Shown here in pieces: positions 1 to 13,520 of a DNA stretch of 64,000 nucleotides (position 1 is its first letter; each line of letters opens with the position of its first letter). Origin of the DNA: Hydrolagus affinis (lineage: Eukaryota); contig JAAILG010000029.1 in assembly GCA_012026655.1 (NCBI GenBank), positions 62,001 to 126,000 of the forward strand. Reading direction: 5' to 3'. Both the position numbers and the translations under genes were made by a program. Below the pieces are notes generated by a model that ran no database searches, was not told where the DNA came from, and saw only the letters and a list, made by a program, of their open reading frames with translations.

Positions 1-412
1 TCGAATCAGGCTGTGAGATGATTTCATTGCTGGAGAACAGGGCAGATTTCCTTGTTGTACCAGTTCTGAGTATGAAATGCCCCCAGGTCAGGTACAGCAT
101 GGCTTAGATACAACGAGGAGCTCCTGTATTACCATGACAACGTGCCTAGCCCAAACTGCTGAAGTCCTGACTGTATGTGAGAGTGCCTTTTGCCTTCCTT
201 GCGCTATCTCTCCCTGCAGTCTTCTACTTGCGATTGACAAATCAATGGTTTTAAGGTTAGCTTTACTCTGTGCTCTCAGGCCCAGTCCAAGCCCAAGTTC
301 ATCCTATTGCTATTTGAGAGATGGGAGAACCAATATTATAACAACAATGTGTATGTTTTCTAACTATTGTGCGGCAAGAATAAACATTTCTCTCTGGCAG
401 CTAAACATAAAC

Positions 413-433
413 CACACACACACACACACACAC
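413..433. repeat. (CA)n microsatellite
   Basis: Read directly. Similar TG/TA tracts occur at ~3628-3641 and ~7206-7262. Confidence 0.9.
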
Positions 434-1310
434 AGGTGCATTTACTGTAATGGGAACCCTTTAAGATATGTTGAAACAGTGACTCAGATGGGAGCTGCTT
501 AGCAACCAACAATAAAACTGGGTGCAGTTTAATGAGATGCCAATGCAAAATCCCATCACTTATTTATTGCTACTAGCTGTTTAAAGTGGGTAGAATTAAG
601 GGTGTCAGAAACAGAGTTGTGAGGTTTTTCTTCCTCCGTCACTGAAACCAAATAAGTGACTATATAATTAGGACCTGGCGATACTATGATTTCCAATGTT
701 GCTTTTATGTGGGCAACGTAATTCTGTTGCGCAACATTACTTTAAATAATAAGGTTTCTTACAATTAATGACATTAAGCTCTTGTACATTGGTCTGTTGG
801 ACTGTCTGTTTGGCCAAACTTTTCTAGGATTACTGATCTGTGTAATAATAATGCAAATAATTGGCCTGAGTTGGGAACGATTGAGTGTGGGTCCAGGGCC
901 ATCCCCCTTTGGTTATTGCTGACCTCTTCGCCAGTCAGACATTACTTCAGACTTTACTCATCTTCACTGGTTTGTTTCATAGACTCTATTGTAGGCAAAG
1001 CAGCCAGTCTAACCCTTGCTGTTTACTCATCAAATCCACTCAGTTTTTGACGTGTTTGGGAGTGAGTTCTACTTGTATCACCAGCCTTTGTTTTCAAACA
1101 CTTCATCTTTGCAGTGCTGCTGTGGTAACCATCACTTTGTCACCACAAGGCAGATCTACCAATAGAAACCGATCTTACCTGAAGCAGAATTTGCTTCCCA
1201 GGCGGGAGGGGTTAAAGCTGTCATATCGTTCAACCTCTTTCTACAAGTACAGCCAGAGCCCTAGACTTTCTCTGTGTAGAATATAGTGGCTAAAAGTGCT
1301 AGAGTTATCT

Positions 1311-1424
1311 ATAATAATCCTTGCATTTGTTATAGCGCCTTATCACTCTGTTTAGACATCTCAAACCACTTCATTGTGGTTATATACTGTACTGTAAAGT
1401 GAATTGACTTTAATATATTATGGG
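1311..1424 (-). mobile_element. SINE 3' fragment
   Basis: ataataatccttgcatttgttatagcgccttatcac...gtaaagtgaattgact is the reverse complement of the family tail. Confidence 0.75.
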
Positions 1425-4400
1425 AGAATTAGGAATCACTATTAGGAAGTCAAGTTTGTGATATGTGAAGAAAGATGTCTTTCTTCACATATCAAAAACA
1501 AGTAGCATTTAGTACATGTGCTGTACCACATGCTCAATCCCCCTTGAGTGAGCCCTCACCTCCATCTGGTAAAACTGGTAATTTGACAAAACAAGAGAGA
1601 CTTCCTCTGCTTCTTCTCCTCTCTGGCATTAAAGCAGAACATCACGAGGTGCTGTCACTCCCCCAATGCTGGCAGGACACAGCTAAAGACAGCAAAGCTG
1701 ATTAGAATTGGATTCAAGTGGCATTATGGGCTGTGTGTGCTCAGTGCTGTCCTTTCATCTTTATTGAGCTGATGGGACTAAAAAGATATAAACATTATAG
1801 CCACCCGTGCAATTCCATTGATAAATTTGCTGGCTTTATAACAGGTTCCTGACAGTTGTGGTGAATGCTCTTACTCGGTGTGTAAGGCGATAATAAAATA
1901 GAAATTACATAAAATAAATCAGTTTCAGCTTTTCAGCATTCATCTGTGCTGTCATTGAAAGGAAACTCAAGAATGCTTTCCTTTAGTATTTTACTGCACC
2001 ATCATTCAGCTTTTCAGCAACTTTGAAATTGCGTCTTAAAATAAAGTAAAAGGACAGGTTCCAACACGTGCTGGGCAGGCTAGTGTTGGTGACTGATTGT
2101 AGAGGTTGTGAATTGCCTGTGACCAGGCTAGGTTGAGAGAGGGACAATATATCTTTTCTTCTATGAAACAATTACAGTAACAGAAAATAAACCTGCTTCA
2201 GGAGAGGCAGCATTGCTAAATAAACACAAAAATGTGATTTAACTGAATGCAACAAACCAAATTTTAGATGTAAACTCTGACTTGGTTCCAACTCAGGATG
2301 TCTGGTAAAGGCCCTGCAAGTCTTGAAAGATTTCATTGAAGAAAAAGGAAAGTACACAGATTTACTAACTTAATCTCATCATGTAGCAGTCAGCCTCCCT
2401 GCAGCAGTGACATCAGTCTATGATGAAGAGATTCCCCCCACCTTCCACCTTTTCAGGTTCCACTGAGGGATGCTGTGTGGATTTTCATCTCAATGTGGAG
2501 GAGTTTCTAAAATCTCCTCCTTGGCTTTGCTTGCGTCGAAACTAAATATCTCAGATGCAAATGCATTAATTGGAAGGCAGACTTATCACAGCTTCATTTA
2601 AAAAACGCTTGGTCAATTGTTTTTAGTTCCCAACGCAAAGACATGGCTCCAGTTGATGTCACTTGCGTATGAGTACCGGCATTGTGACCCAGTGTGGCAT
2701 GACCGCCCCTTGCCCAGAGGGGAAAAAAAATATTCGCCAAGAACTTTTTCATGAAGATAATGACCCATAAAATCATCTGCTTCTCACAGAATTTCGCTCA
2801 AATCTCAGTGCTGTATTATTTCATGTTGAATCATGACTTTGGGAGTATCGTCATCGGCCGATTGATCTCTGAGAGTATCTATCTCTTCATTATGCCTTCA
2901 TTATGGGATAGCGCATGATGAATTGCTATTGTTAGAAATCAGCAAAGGATATATGTATCGCACAGTTGCTACTGTTGGTTGTAAGGAAAGATTTGAACCA
3001 CAGCATCATTGGAGTGGAGCCTGGATTCAGCTTGCAGATGCCTGGAAGCCTTGTGGTCTTTAGTTCTGCTGAACTATATTTAGACAGAAAAGACATTAGC
3101 TATTTTCACAATCTGGATATTCCACATTAGCACATCGGCTAATAATATAAGTCTTAGCGGATGAGATTGCCTAATGCAAGAGCAGCAAAATGGATAAGGA
3201 CATGCTTAAGTATAGCCAGGCTGTCATTATTCACATTAGTGCGAGAGCATAGTTTGTTCACAGACTTTATTAAATACAATTAGCCCATGATGCATGCATG
3301 GCTGATGATTCTATAAGCAGTTAGACTGTATTTGTGCCTCTCTGCTCGGAAGCAGAAGGAAGTGTTACTGGGAATAATCAGAGAATGTTAATCATCCAAT
3401 CATATGTGCGTGAAGTGACTCGAACAAATTGGCCACTTACATGCCACTGATTTGTTTAAAATTCTGACAAAGCAGCTGCTAACTGGCAATTCATTTTCCT
3501 GACAATTTCTGTGATTACCCTGGGAGAAAGCACTACAGAATCAAAAGTGACAGAATTGTGAAAGTCTGGCTTCTGTGTTTGATTTTGCCATCTAAGCAGT
3601 AGCTCCTGTGTGTGCAGGTCTGAGCTATGTGTGTGTGTGTGTTTTTTTTTAAAAAAAAGCATGTTTATTTGGAGTTTTATCTGCTAGAAATAAATAGTTT
3701 ATATGCAAGTTCAAGGAAATTGCAGCTGGTGAGAATGTAAACGGCAAAGCTTTCCAACAGTGTAGCACGCGCTCTGTCAACTGCCTTATGTGTGGCACAA
3801 TGCTGCCATTCACATCTCTGCAAAAAGGTTAACTTTATTTTTTAAACAAATCAAAAACTTGATGCATCCCAAAAAAGCAGACTTTTCTACTACAGCAACA
3901 GGAGGCCACCACTTGCTTTGGAAAGGTTGGGCTGAACACCGTTGTGATTTATTCAGATTAGTTTGGCGTGGACTATAGCTATAGGTAGTTGTTCAGTGTT
4001 GTTATTGTCCATATTATGAACACCTGAAGAACTAGAACTGAATTATTTCCCATTCTTCATGCAGCAAAACCAAATGGGCCGAAAGGCCTTCTTCATCCAA
4101 ACGTCTCTTGTGATCTGTGTGATTGTTAGCAGACGGATGTGTGCATTCCTTCAGAAGGAGGAGCTGAACAGGATCAGCCTCTGGTTGCTAACTTTTCATG
4201 TCAAGCACTAGCTCAGCACATATCTAGCACTTCACACTGATAAACCACAGCCCTTAAAGCATGAGTGTTTTTTTTGTGTGGGAACTATTCAGAATTGAAC
4301 GAGGAAGTACATACCATCTACAATGGTGCAAGGAATGAACACATGGATTCATTTAATGTACATATTTAATGAACTAGCTACAAAAGGACCTGCAGCGTAA

Positions 4401-4599
4401 TATAAAGCCTCTGAAATAACAGAAGTACCGAAGGGTGTCTGGGAATGGTTATTTCTCCTCAGATTATTGGGTTTGGATTTACTCTGGTGAACTGTATTGC
4501 ATCTCCTGGGTCCTTGTCAATTATGTCAGAGCAGAATGGTCATGGCTCTTCAGGTACCCAGAAGTACTGAAAACCTAGGTGACAAATGCTTCCCAGGTG

Positions 4600-4830
4600 T
4601 CAGCCTGGCTCGATTGATAACACTTTCGCCTCTCAATCAAAGGTTATTGGTTCAAGCCTCCAGTTGAGACTTTGAAGTCATGTGGTTTAGGTTGACACTT
4701 ACTTGCAGGGCTGGGGAACCAAGGCATTGATGGATGTGCCATCCTTCGAATAAGATGTTAAACCGAGGTCTCGTCTGTCTGTTGAGATGAACATTAAGGA
4801 TCTAATGATTTTATTTGAAACAAGAGAAAC
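4600..4830 (+). mobile_element. Older DeuSINE (AmnSINE1/SacSINE1-like) fragment
   Basis: Degenerate tRNA head, then gccatccttcgaataagatgttaaaccgaggtctcgtctg...aaggatc, matching the Deu domain as recalled. Confidence 0.6.
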
Positions 4831-5589
4831 AGTCAATAAATATCCTTTATAGTAAATCCTGTGAAATGCTATGAGACATATTCCTGATGGGAAACATACT
4901 CAGTGATACAATTGCCAGGAATATTATTATTATTAATATTATTCCAGACCTTAAGTACCTTATTAAATATAAGATTTTTTTTGGCCCGGTCGCAGTAAAG
5001 GCACTGAGCTCTGAGTCGGTGAAAACAAAAATGAGACGGATTGATTCCAGTTTGAATGGGGAATAAAGGGATAGGGGCTTGGATCAGAGACAGACTGAGG
5101 TTCAGGTTAGTGTCGATCAGAAGGCATGCTGATGAGCTGTGCATCTGGAGCAGCTGCAGATGTAGAGACAGCTGTTGGTTGTGAATTTCTGTCATTGGCC
5201 CTAAATGAAGGAGTAAATCACAAACACAGCCGAGCCGGCACAGGCTGAGCCTCTCCTGTTCTCTTTATTTACTCTCGTGTTTTATTCCGTCCACATCATA
5301 ATTTTCACTGCATAACATTCTGGAAAGCCGTCCACCACTTGGGCAACGCTGTGATACGTTTGTGGTTTTCTCCCTTCATTTCACATTAGTGTTAAAAAAT
5401 GCACAATCAATAGCTGTCTCAGCATCAGCAGCTTCCTTTAGAAATACAATTGTTCTGGGGGGGCCGGGGAAAATGGCATCACTAGTTAAAGATTTTCAAA
5501 CAAGCACAAGTGAGTTAATAATATTTTAACACTGCAATACCACAAAAGCCTCTAAAGTTTGGATTGTCAATGCACAGCTATTTCTCTTC

Positions 5590-5980
5590 TTAAGCCCACC
5601 CTCCCCCCTTCACTTTGCAACACTGGCTCCCCATCCTCCACAGCTTCAGCTCCTCCCTCTACCTTTGGGACCACTTACAATCCTATGTATATACTATTCA
5701 GTATATATATATTATATATCTCCTGGCACGGTAGGAGTAAATACAACTGCCTTAATATGTGGGGGGTTTTCTGGACTCTCTGTCTCAGCCACTCCCTCTT
5801 CACCTTTAAAGACTATCTGAAGACTGATCTTTTCAACCATACGTTCAATCATTTTTCACCCCTCCCGACCCTCCTCACTTACCTTCCCTATCTTGAACTC
5901 CCAGTCAGCTGGTGTGAAGCACTTTGTGACATCCTCTCAACATGATGAGCACTATATATATAAATGCAAATTGTTGTTTA
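5590..5980 (+). mobile_element. Diverged L2-type LINE 3' end
   Basis: cactggctcccc (HWLP), FKDYLKTDLF-like segment, tail gtgaagcactttg...aaatgcaaattgttgtt. Confidence 0.6.
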
Positions 5981-8900
5981 AACTTTCAATTGGGATGTCC
6001 TCCCGACGTGAAAGGTTTATACAAATGTAATGTTCTTGTAAACTAAAGGCAAACAACATTCAACATAATGAAGGCTCTATACCAAAATAATCATGGATAA
6101 ATAAAGTACAGATGAGTTAGTGAAGATGTGAGCTGGACGTTTCTTTCCAGTGGTGATTACCTGGAATGTGACTGTAGTTTCAAGCAGCGTTCAGACCTTT
6201 TGCTATTATAGACAGTTTCAATTAGGGGAAAAGAAACAGTTGCAATCAGCAGTAAGTAACTTATTTGTTTTATTTATTTCCAGCCCTCAGAAACTTTGGC
6301 GTTTTTTTAAACATGTTTCGTTTTTACGTTTCTCCTCCCCTGGGTTTCCGTGTGCCAAGCATGGTGGCCAAGCCTCTGCCAACACTACTCTATAAACAGC
6401 TGCCTGGAGATGCCAGCACAGAGCAGTCCTGCTGTGTCTTGGCTCCTTTGTCCACCCTGGGGGGAACCAGCTGGCAAAGCCTCACACCACCGCCACCACC
6501 AATGTGGCATGACTGCTGGAATTAGTATGTAAAAGATCACGGACATACATCTGTGGTCTATGGTGGCAGTCCTGTGATTGACTTTCCCCCTGGGCCTAGC
6601 TTTACTCTATTGTCTTACCGTCTCAGAACATCCAGAAATTGGCAAATACTTAATTCTGCACTCAGTTGCCTTAAGCCCCTTTTAAGAGCTGACATTGTCT
6701 ATTGTCCCTTTGTGTGTTACAGCTGTTGGATGTCTGCTGGTTGTTAGTCATCCTGCTTCACTGAGTTGTCAATCAGTAGTACTAAAAGTCACAGGTAGTG
6801 AGTTGCCCAATTCATCGGACCCATGGTCTTTGCTGTGAGCCCAATTCAGAGCAGGGTTCTATCAGTAATTAGGGTTTTTGTGTGTGAGGGCTTCCAGATG
6901 TTCAGTGCAAGATCACACAAGATGGGATGAGCTATTTAATGGGTGGGGAGGTAGAAAAAGTGGAATAGTCTGAGACACTTTCCTTAAAGTGATTGGAAAA
7001 GAGAGGCCATGGTTTACTATAATTTACTTTACTCCCTCTTCAAGGTTTTGGGTTCCCTGGTGGGAAATCAGCAAAAATCATGGTTTTGAGTGAGGTTGCA
7101 CAAGTAGTTTTCTGTGAGGTGTCATCAAATGTGAATTGGAAATGTGAAGTGACTATTGGGGTGACTGTATTACATTGCATTTTTGTTTTTATATTGTCTG
7201 ATGCTGTGTGTGTGTGTATGTGTATACAGTATATACTGTGTGTGTATATATATATATATATAAATCCATCAACCCTATCATCTTACCATCCATCAACTCC
7301 ACTCATCATTCTTCTATAAAGTTAACCCACCTATTTATGCAGCAGTTCACTCATTAACAATTATTGCAAAAATAGGCAGATGCTATAATTACAAGACAAT
7401 AATTCTTTCCAGTTTAGTTGTACATTAAATGTAAACGAACACACCCAACCGTCCAACTGTCATCCAATTCTCCATCTCCCTATCCGCCCTAGATTTTCCA
7501 GATAATTGACGAATGTGGTGGTGAAACAGACCAATACATTCTTCACTCCACCCATCTGTTAATTGAACATGTCTCGCCGTGTCTGAGAATGATGGATACA
7601 TGGAATATCGCTTTGGGACATATTCCGACATCACATTTTTAAAATATTGCCTTTAGCAGTCATTTGTTTTCACAATATCTTATTGAGACTTGTTTTCTAA
7701 TCACCGGAATAGGGACTGTGGTAGCAAATTTTTTAATTCCAGTAAATATTTTCTGGCTCTTCCATTTCTGACACCACGGTATCATTTTAATGATACTTTC
7801 ACAGGCCCTCGCTAGATTCGTATACACAAGTCAAAGACGTTAAGTGACTCATTGGATAAGTACTCAAGAATGAAAATATGAAAGGGGATTAGATCAGATA
7901 GCTCCAGAGGGGAGCTGCCACAGCAAAGGAATGATGTTCTGTCTTAATGGCCTCCATCTGTGCTGAAATTGCTTCAACTCTGTAACTCTGCTGCCGTCTT
8001 CATTCTTTGCAATTGCCATAATCAGGTAAAGGGGCAGGAATGAAGACATGGCATTGATGGAGCAGCCTCTCATTTATTGAAGGATTCAAACTACACAATG
8101 TGTTGTGAGCACATATAAATGAATACAGTACTGCAAAATTTAGGATCCTTGTCTATAATTAAGGGCACTGATAAGAAATAAGCTAATGTTACTAATCTGC
8201 TGCTCTGACTGGTGTTTTTGTTTGTACAGTATTATGTTGTACGGCTTTGATGGTCCTTGACTATCATTTTATTTTAAACAGTTTAAAAATGGAAAAGACT
8301 TATGTGAGCAGGCAATACCTGTGTCCCTGATCTAACCATTTATAAACTTATGGTTCACATAACTTGATACTAAAATAGAGATCAACATTACCCAACGTTG
8401 CTCAAATTAGGAATTCATTATCATAATAGCATTACCAAGTTTCAATCATAAACAAAATCCTTTGTCTCTAAAGTTACTCCGCTCCTGAAAGTTACTACAA
8501 CTTGCATTTATATAGTGCCCCTCACACAGGATAGCATCCCAAAATAACTCTCACTTAGCTTAATTCCTCTCGAACCATCAACTATGATGAGCAATTCTTG
8601 ATGTTTCAGGCCAGTTGTGAGTGCCAACAAGCTGTTTGCAGTTGCTTTTCAGTTCTGGATAAATCTATGGTCCTATATCTGTTACCGTCAGCGGCCTTTT
8701 TAGTAGTTTAGAAAATACACAATATGCGCACTATTTGTAGACTGAATGTTACTATAGGCAACAAAAAGGTCTTCATTCTTTGCAGTTGCCATAATCAGGT
8801 AAAGCGGCAGGAATCAAAACATTCCTCTTTGACCATGCCTCCGGTCATCTTCCCACCCCACCACCCTTGCCCTCCCCTCTTACTTTCAACCCCCAGCTCG

Positions 8901-10144
8901 GGTGAAAACCCTTGACTGACCAGCGCCTTGACAATACTGTACTTTGAATAGCAGTATAGATGCGCTACATTGGAGATGCATTACATTTTTAGCTTGCAAA
9001 TCTCTTGAAGTAGTAAAGGATAAACATAATTTGCAGGACTCACATGCAATTTTTCAAGCAAGTAAATAAGTGGCTGAAGAAAATCAATGTGTTTCAGCAA
9101 GACACTTGGTTGAATATGATGCCTTTGCTCGAAAACTCGTTCGTGTTTGAACTTAAGTAGAGCAAAGCCTTAATAAATAGCTGGAATTTCACTAAACGGA
9201 TCATACTAAGATGAAGTTCTGCTTCATGGCTCTTCAGAACCACATTGCTCCCTACAGGATTTTGTTTTGAACACTTATGAAGGTGCTCAACTGTCCTCCC
9301 CACGAAAGTGTTGACAAGTTTAAAGGTGATTGACAGAGTCCATATTGTACTGTGTGGAAGTAATTATAGCTTCCGCAATAAATCTTTGTGGTAAAGGTTC
9401 CTATTGACAGCATGGGTCAGATTATTGGTGAGATAATGTCTTTTTGAAATAAAGAGGGGGGAATGAAACACCTTGTCTTCTTGTGGTGTGTTCTGTAGTT
9501 ATTTCCAGCCTCACGTTCAGCCTAACACCTAAGAAATAAGCTAATGTAGCTGAAAGAGGTTTGAACAAATATGACACAAGCATAGTTGCAGCTAATGCTA
9601 CAGGCTTTCACTGTGCGTTATGTAACCATTAATCTTAGCAGTTCTTTTTCTGAAGCAGATTATAGTGCCATAGCCACTCGGCCATCAAATGCTTTGGAGA
9701 TTCAACTGATGAAGATTGTCAGTGGAAGGCACTGCAGCTGGATTAGCTTGATCTTCCTTTCACTGTAGTCTGCAGAATGCAACTTGGAGGTGTGTGTCTA
9801 GGTGGGGGGAGCTGGGGGTGGTGGGGGGTTGACATACAAAGTGATTCTGCTCAGTGAGGTCCAGTTGTGTTAACTGTGTGAACATCTGTATATGAAATGA
9901 TTTATGGCTTCAAGGAGAGGAGGTGGCATGGAGAGGCATTGCACCCGTTCAGTTACCAGCAAGACTTGACATTTATTAATCCTGTGCAAAATCCAGATGG
10001 CAATCAGTCATTTGACCCAAATTTGTTCCATCCTTTGTTTTCATTTCCACTTTTCATTACAATATGTTTTTAGTGTAAAATGCAGCTTAGGAGCTTTGTA
10101 TCTGCTTTACCTTGTGTTCTGAGCTCCGTTCATCTGTGTCATTT

Positions 10145-10352
10145 CATGCTGGAATGCACTGACTGAAAGTGAGGTGGAAGCGGATCAATTAATAACTTTC
10201 AAAAGGGAATTGGATACTTAGTTGAGAAGGAAAAATGTGTAAGGCTATCCGGAAAGAATGGGGAAATTGGGACTAATCGGATAGCACTTTCAAAGCGGCG
10301 GCACAGGCACAATGGATCGAATGGCCTTGCGTTGTAAGGTTCTATGATTTAG
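10145..10352 (+). mobile_element. CR1-type LINE 3' end
   Basis: tggaatgcactgactgaaagtgaggtggaagc...tttcaaaagggaattggat...ggcacaggcacaatggatcgaatggcct...ttctatgatt. Confidence 0.75.
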
Positions 10353-13347
10353 GCTAGTCAAAAACCATCTTGCCTGCAGAAGCTGCTGGAATTGAAAACA
10401 AGCCTTTCATTCAGCCAGCGACTGGCCTGAGAGAGACACTATCTACTTTTAGAGTCGGTCATTAGCTCCAGGCAAGTTTCATCAATTTAAATTCAGTTAA
10501 TCAGGGATTTGGGTCCACTCAGTCTGATTTAAGTCAGTCTATCTGTGAATAGATCACTGGAATAACATTGAAATGGTTCCTAAATGAAAAAAAATCAAGA
10601 GCAGGTAATGAAAGAATTCCTTTAGGAGAAGTTGCAGCTAGAGATGGGTACAATACAGAGAAAGGTTTATCATGAAGAACATTGTTTGGGTCTTTTACAC
10701 AACCTTAGGGAATCAGTACATTTAAACAAAATTGTGCGGCTTTCTATTCTTTATCAGTGCAGAGCCAAATATCTCATTTCTGATTCCTTTTCAAAAGCAA
10801 TGAGATGGGTTTTCTGGTGTTATGAAATTTTGCCGACAGTAAACTGACACCTGAAGAAAGCCGAGCTCTACATGTGTCACTCCATTGAAGCCTTCCTGTT
10901 TCCAACATCTGACTGATGTCAGTAACGGATTGGCAATGTTGTCAGCAAAATGCCAATTAAGCTCATTAACTGGAAGGATTGATCCAATTAAAAGTGGCCA
11001 CATTGCAGTTTCCGTATACTTAAATGGCCTGAAGGCCTGTTCTCCATGTCCCTGGAACCAAAGGGAAGAATTATTGTACAATCCAACCGGAGCTCAGCAA
11101 TCTGGCATTTCCACAAGATCACAAGAGAAGTTTGGATGAAGAAACGCATGTCAGCCCATCTGATCTTACGCTTCCAGAATTTCCACCCTATCGCCCATCC
11201 ATAACAACATCAAGGTGTTTTCTTTAATGAATCCCAGCAGACTAGTTACCCACTCAATTCATTAATTACCTTTAGTTTTGTTGCCAATGTCTTTTAGTTG
11301 AAGAGTTGGAACATGAGCAGGAAGTTTGGGATAAATCTAGTTGCCACCAATTTAAATTTTTCTTAAAAAGACAACTGCTGTATCCAGGCAGAACTGCCAG
11401 GCACATCAGACTGAAACCTATTCCAGCAACATCGCACCCAGAATAACCAATATAGACATACACACAATGGATATAAGGTTATAAGAATATAAGGATATAA
11501 GATAGATTGGTACAATAGGAGAGTAGGATGGGTTGATGGTCAAGCAAATTGATAGACAGATGGTCCCATGGGAGCTGGAATCACTGGGAACTTGAACTGA
11601 CAACATGAAAACTACACATTTAACAAACTAGGGCTGCAACATTTGCAACAAAAAATCATGACTTTCTTACAGCCGTGCTGATTAGCCTTATAAGATTGGA
11701 CTGTCTTTCTCCTTTGATCAGCTCAGAAACCATGCCTTTACTGTTGGTCTCTGGTTATCACAAATACACGTGTTTGTAAAGCAGGTAAAGCAAGAATAGT
11801 GGCATTTCATGTGTTTGCCTGAACTATTTGTCTGGTGGGACGTCCTCCCAACGTGAATGGCGCTCTACAAGTGTAATTTCATTGTTTGCTGTTTTTGTGT
11901 TTGTGATTCCTATGCTAGTCACAAATACCATAAATGAAGTTTCAGACTATAGACCTTTGAGCTTCTCCTTTCTCTCATCATAGTTCATTCTGGTAACACT
12001 GGGCATCAATCTTATCACTCTTCTCAGCAACATCTTCAGTGCCTGTATGTGTTATTTATGGTTCTATGACATTAATACTCCTTGGTGTCTGTCATTGCAT
12101 TTGGTGCAGCATAACATAGATAATGCGCCCAGTCAGTAAAGGCATAACTCCCAACAGAATGAAGAAATCACAAATAAATGCAATTGTGTAAAACACTAAT
12201 CTAATCTCAGGGTTCACATGGTGGTTAGAAACGCCAGCAGCTGTATTACATGAATAAAGATGTTCAATGAATAAACTGCTGGATTGATGCGATAGAAACC
12301 GCTCACCAATTTTACTCATTTTAAAAAAAATGTCTGTGTTGCAACTCGCTGAATTTTTATTTCCCTTGTTTGTGGGATGTTTCCGGTATGGATTAGATGC
12401 CCTGTTGGTTGTTGTTATTAGCATAACAATGTATAAGGGGTAGTTTAAGAAGAAGCCATTCGGGCAATCAAACCAGCTGCTTCACAAACCATGTTACTCA
12501 CCCCATCAAGGACCCAACCCGAGTCCTCAGTTTACTGAGGAAAGCACTCCATAATGACATTATCAAAAGCAATCAAGCAAAAGTATTCATCCAACATCAC
12601 ACTTTCACTTTTCATCCCTGGCCTACCATATATTCAGATAGCTTCCCACCACCCCACCCCCCCCCCCACCAATCCCAGCTGCAATAGTACAGGATCCATT
12701 GTGTGCATGAATGTAATTTAATATCATTGTGTCCTTGAGTGTACATTCAATATCTAGAACCTCCAATCCTATTTCTAAATAGATGTTTATTCAGATCCTT
12801 TCTTTCAAGCATTTGTTCATTGCAGAGTTGACTGATTTTGCATGTTAGGGCGGTGTAGAGGGAGCTTGGCTCTCTATTACTCCTGCTATGCCTGATGCAG
12901 GAGCATTTGATGGGTGTCAAAACAGGGTGGGAATGTGTGCCACTCCTCAGTTCTGTTCCTGTTGAGCACTAAACATATAAAATGGTTTAAAATGTGTATA
13001 ACAAAGAGCTTTGCTTCACATTTACATTTTAAACTATAGAGACAACTTGCTTGAAGGAAAATCTAGTCACGTACGAACTACTGCAGGAACGAAAATAACA
13101 AGGACACTCAAAAGAGATGACCGAAAAGGCAGCAGCGTATAGCTGGAGGTTCTCTGGCATCTTCTGTTTGGGCGGGTGTGTTACTTTTGACAACAATCCA
13201 GTGCGTTTCCAGGGGTGACATCATCTTAATGTGTCCGGCAGCTGTATTTACTGGGGCATATGTGGCAGCCGATGTGACAAAGTCGCGCATGACAGATATC
13301 CTTGAGAAGGCAAGCATTGAAGGCTTCCCCAATTCCAAGTTATCTAC

Positions 13348-13520
13348 AATAATAATACTACTGCTTGCGTTTGATATAGCGCCTTATCACATCTTCGAGG
13401 CGTCTCAACGAGCTTCACAGGATATACTGTAAAGTGTCGGGACTGTGTACCTTGTGGGCGACACAGCAACGAATTGCGCACAGCAGTGTCCCACAAACAA
13501 TCATGGATTGAGCAACCAAA
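13348..13520 (-). mobile_element. SINE 3' half
   Basis: tttgatatagcgccttatcacatcttcgaggcgtctcaa...gcgcacagcagtgtcccacaaac. Confidence 0.8.
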
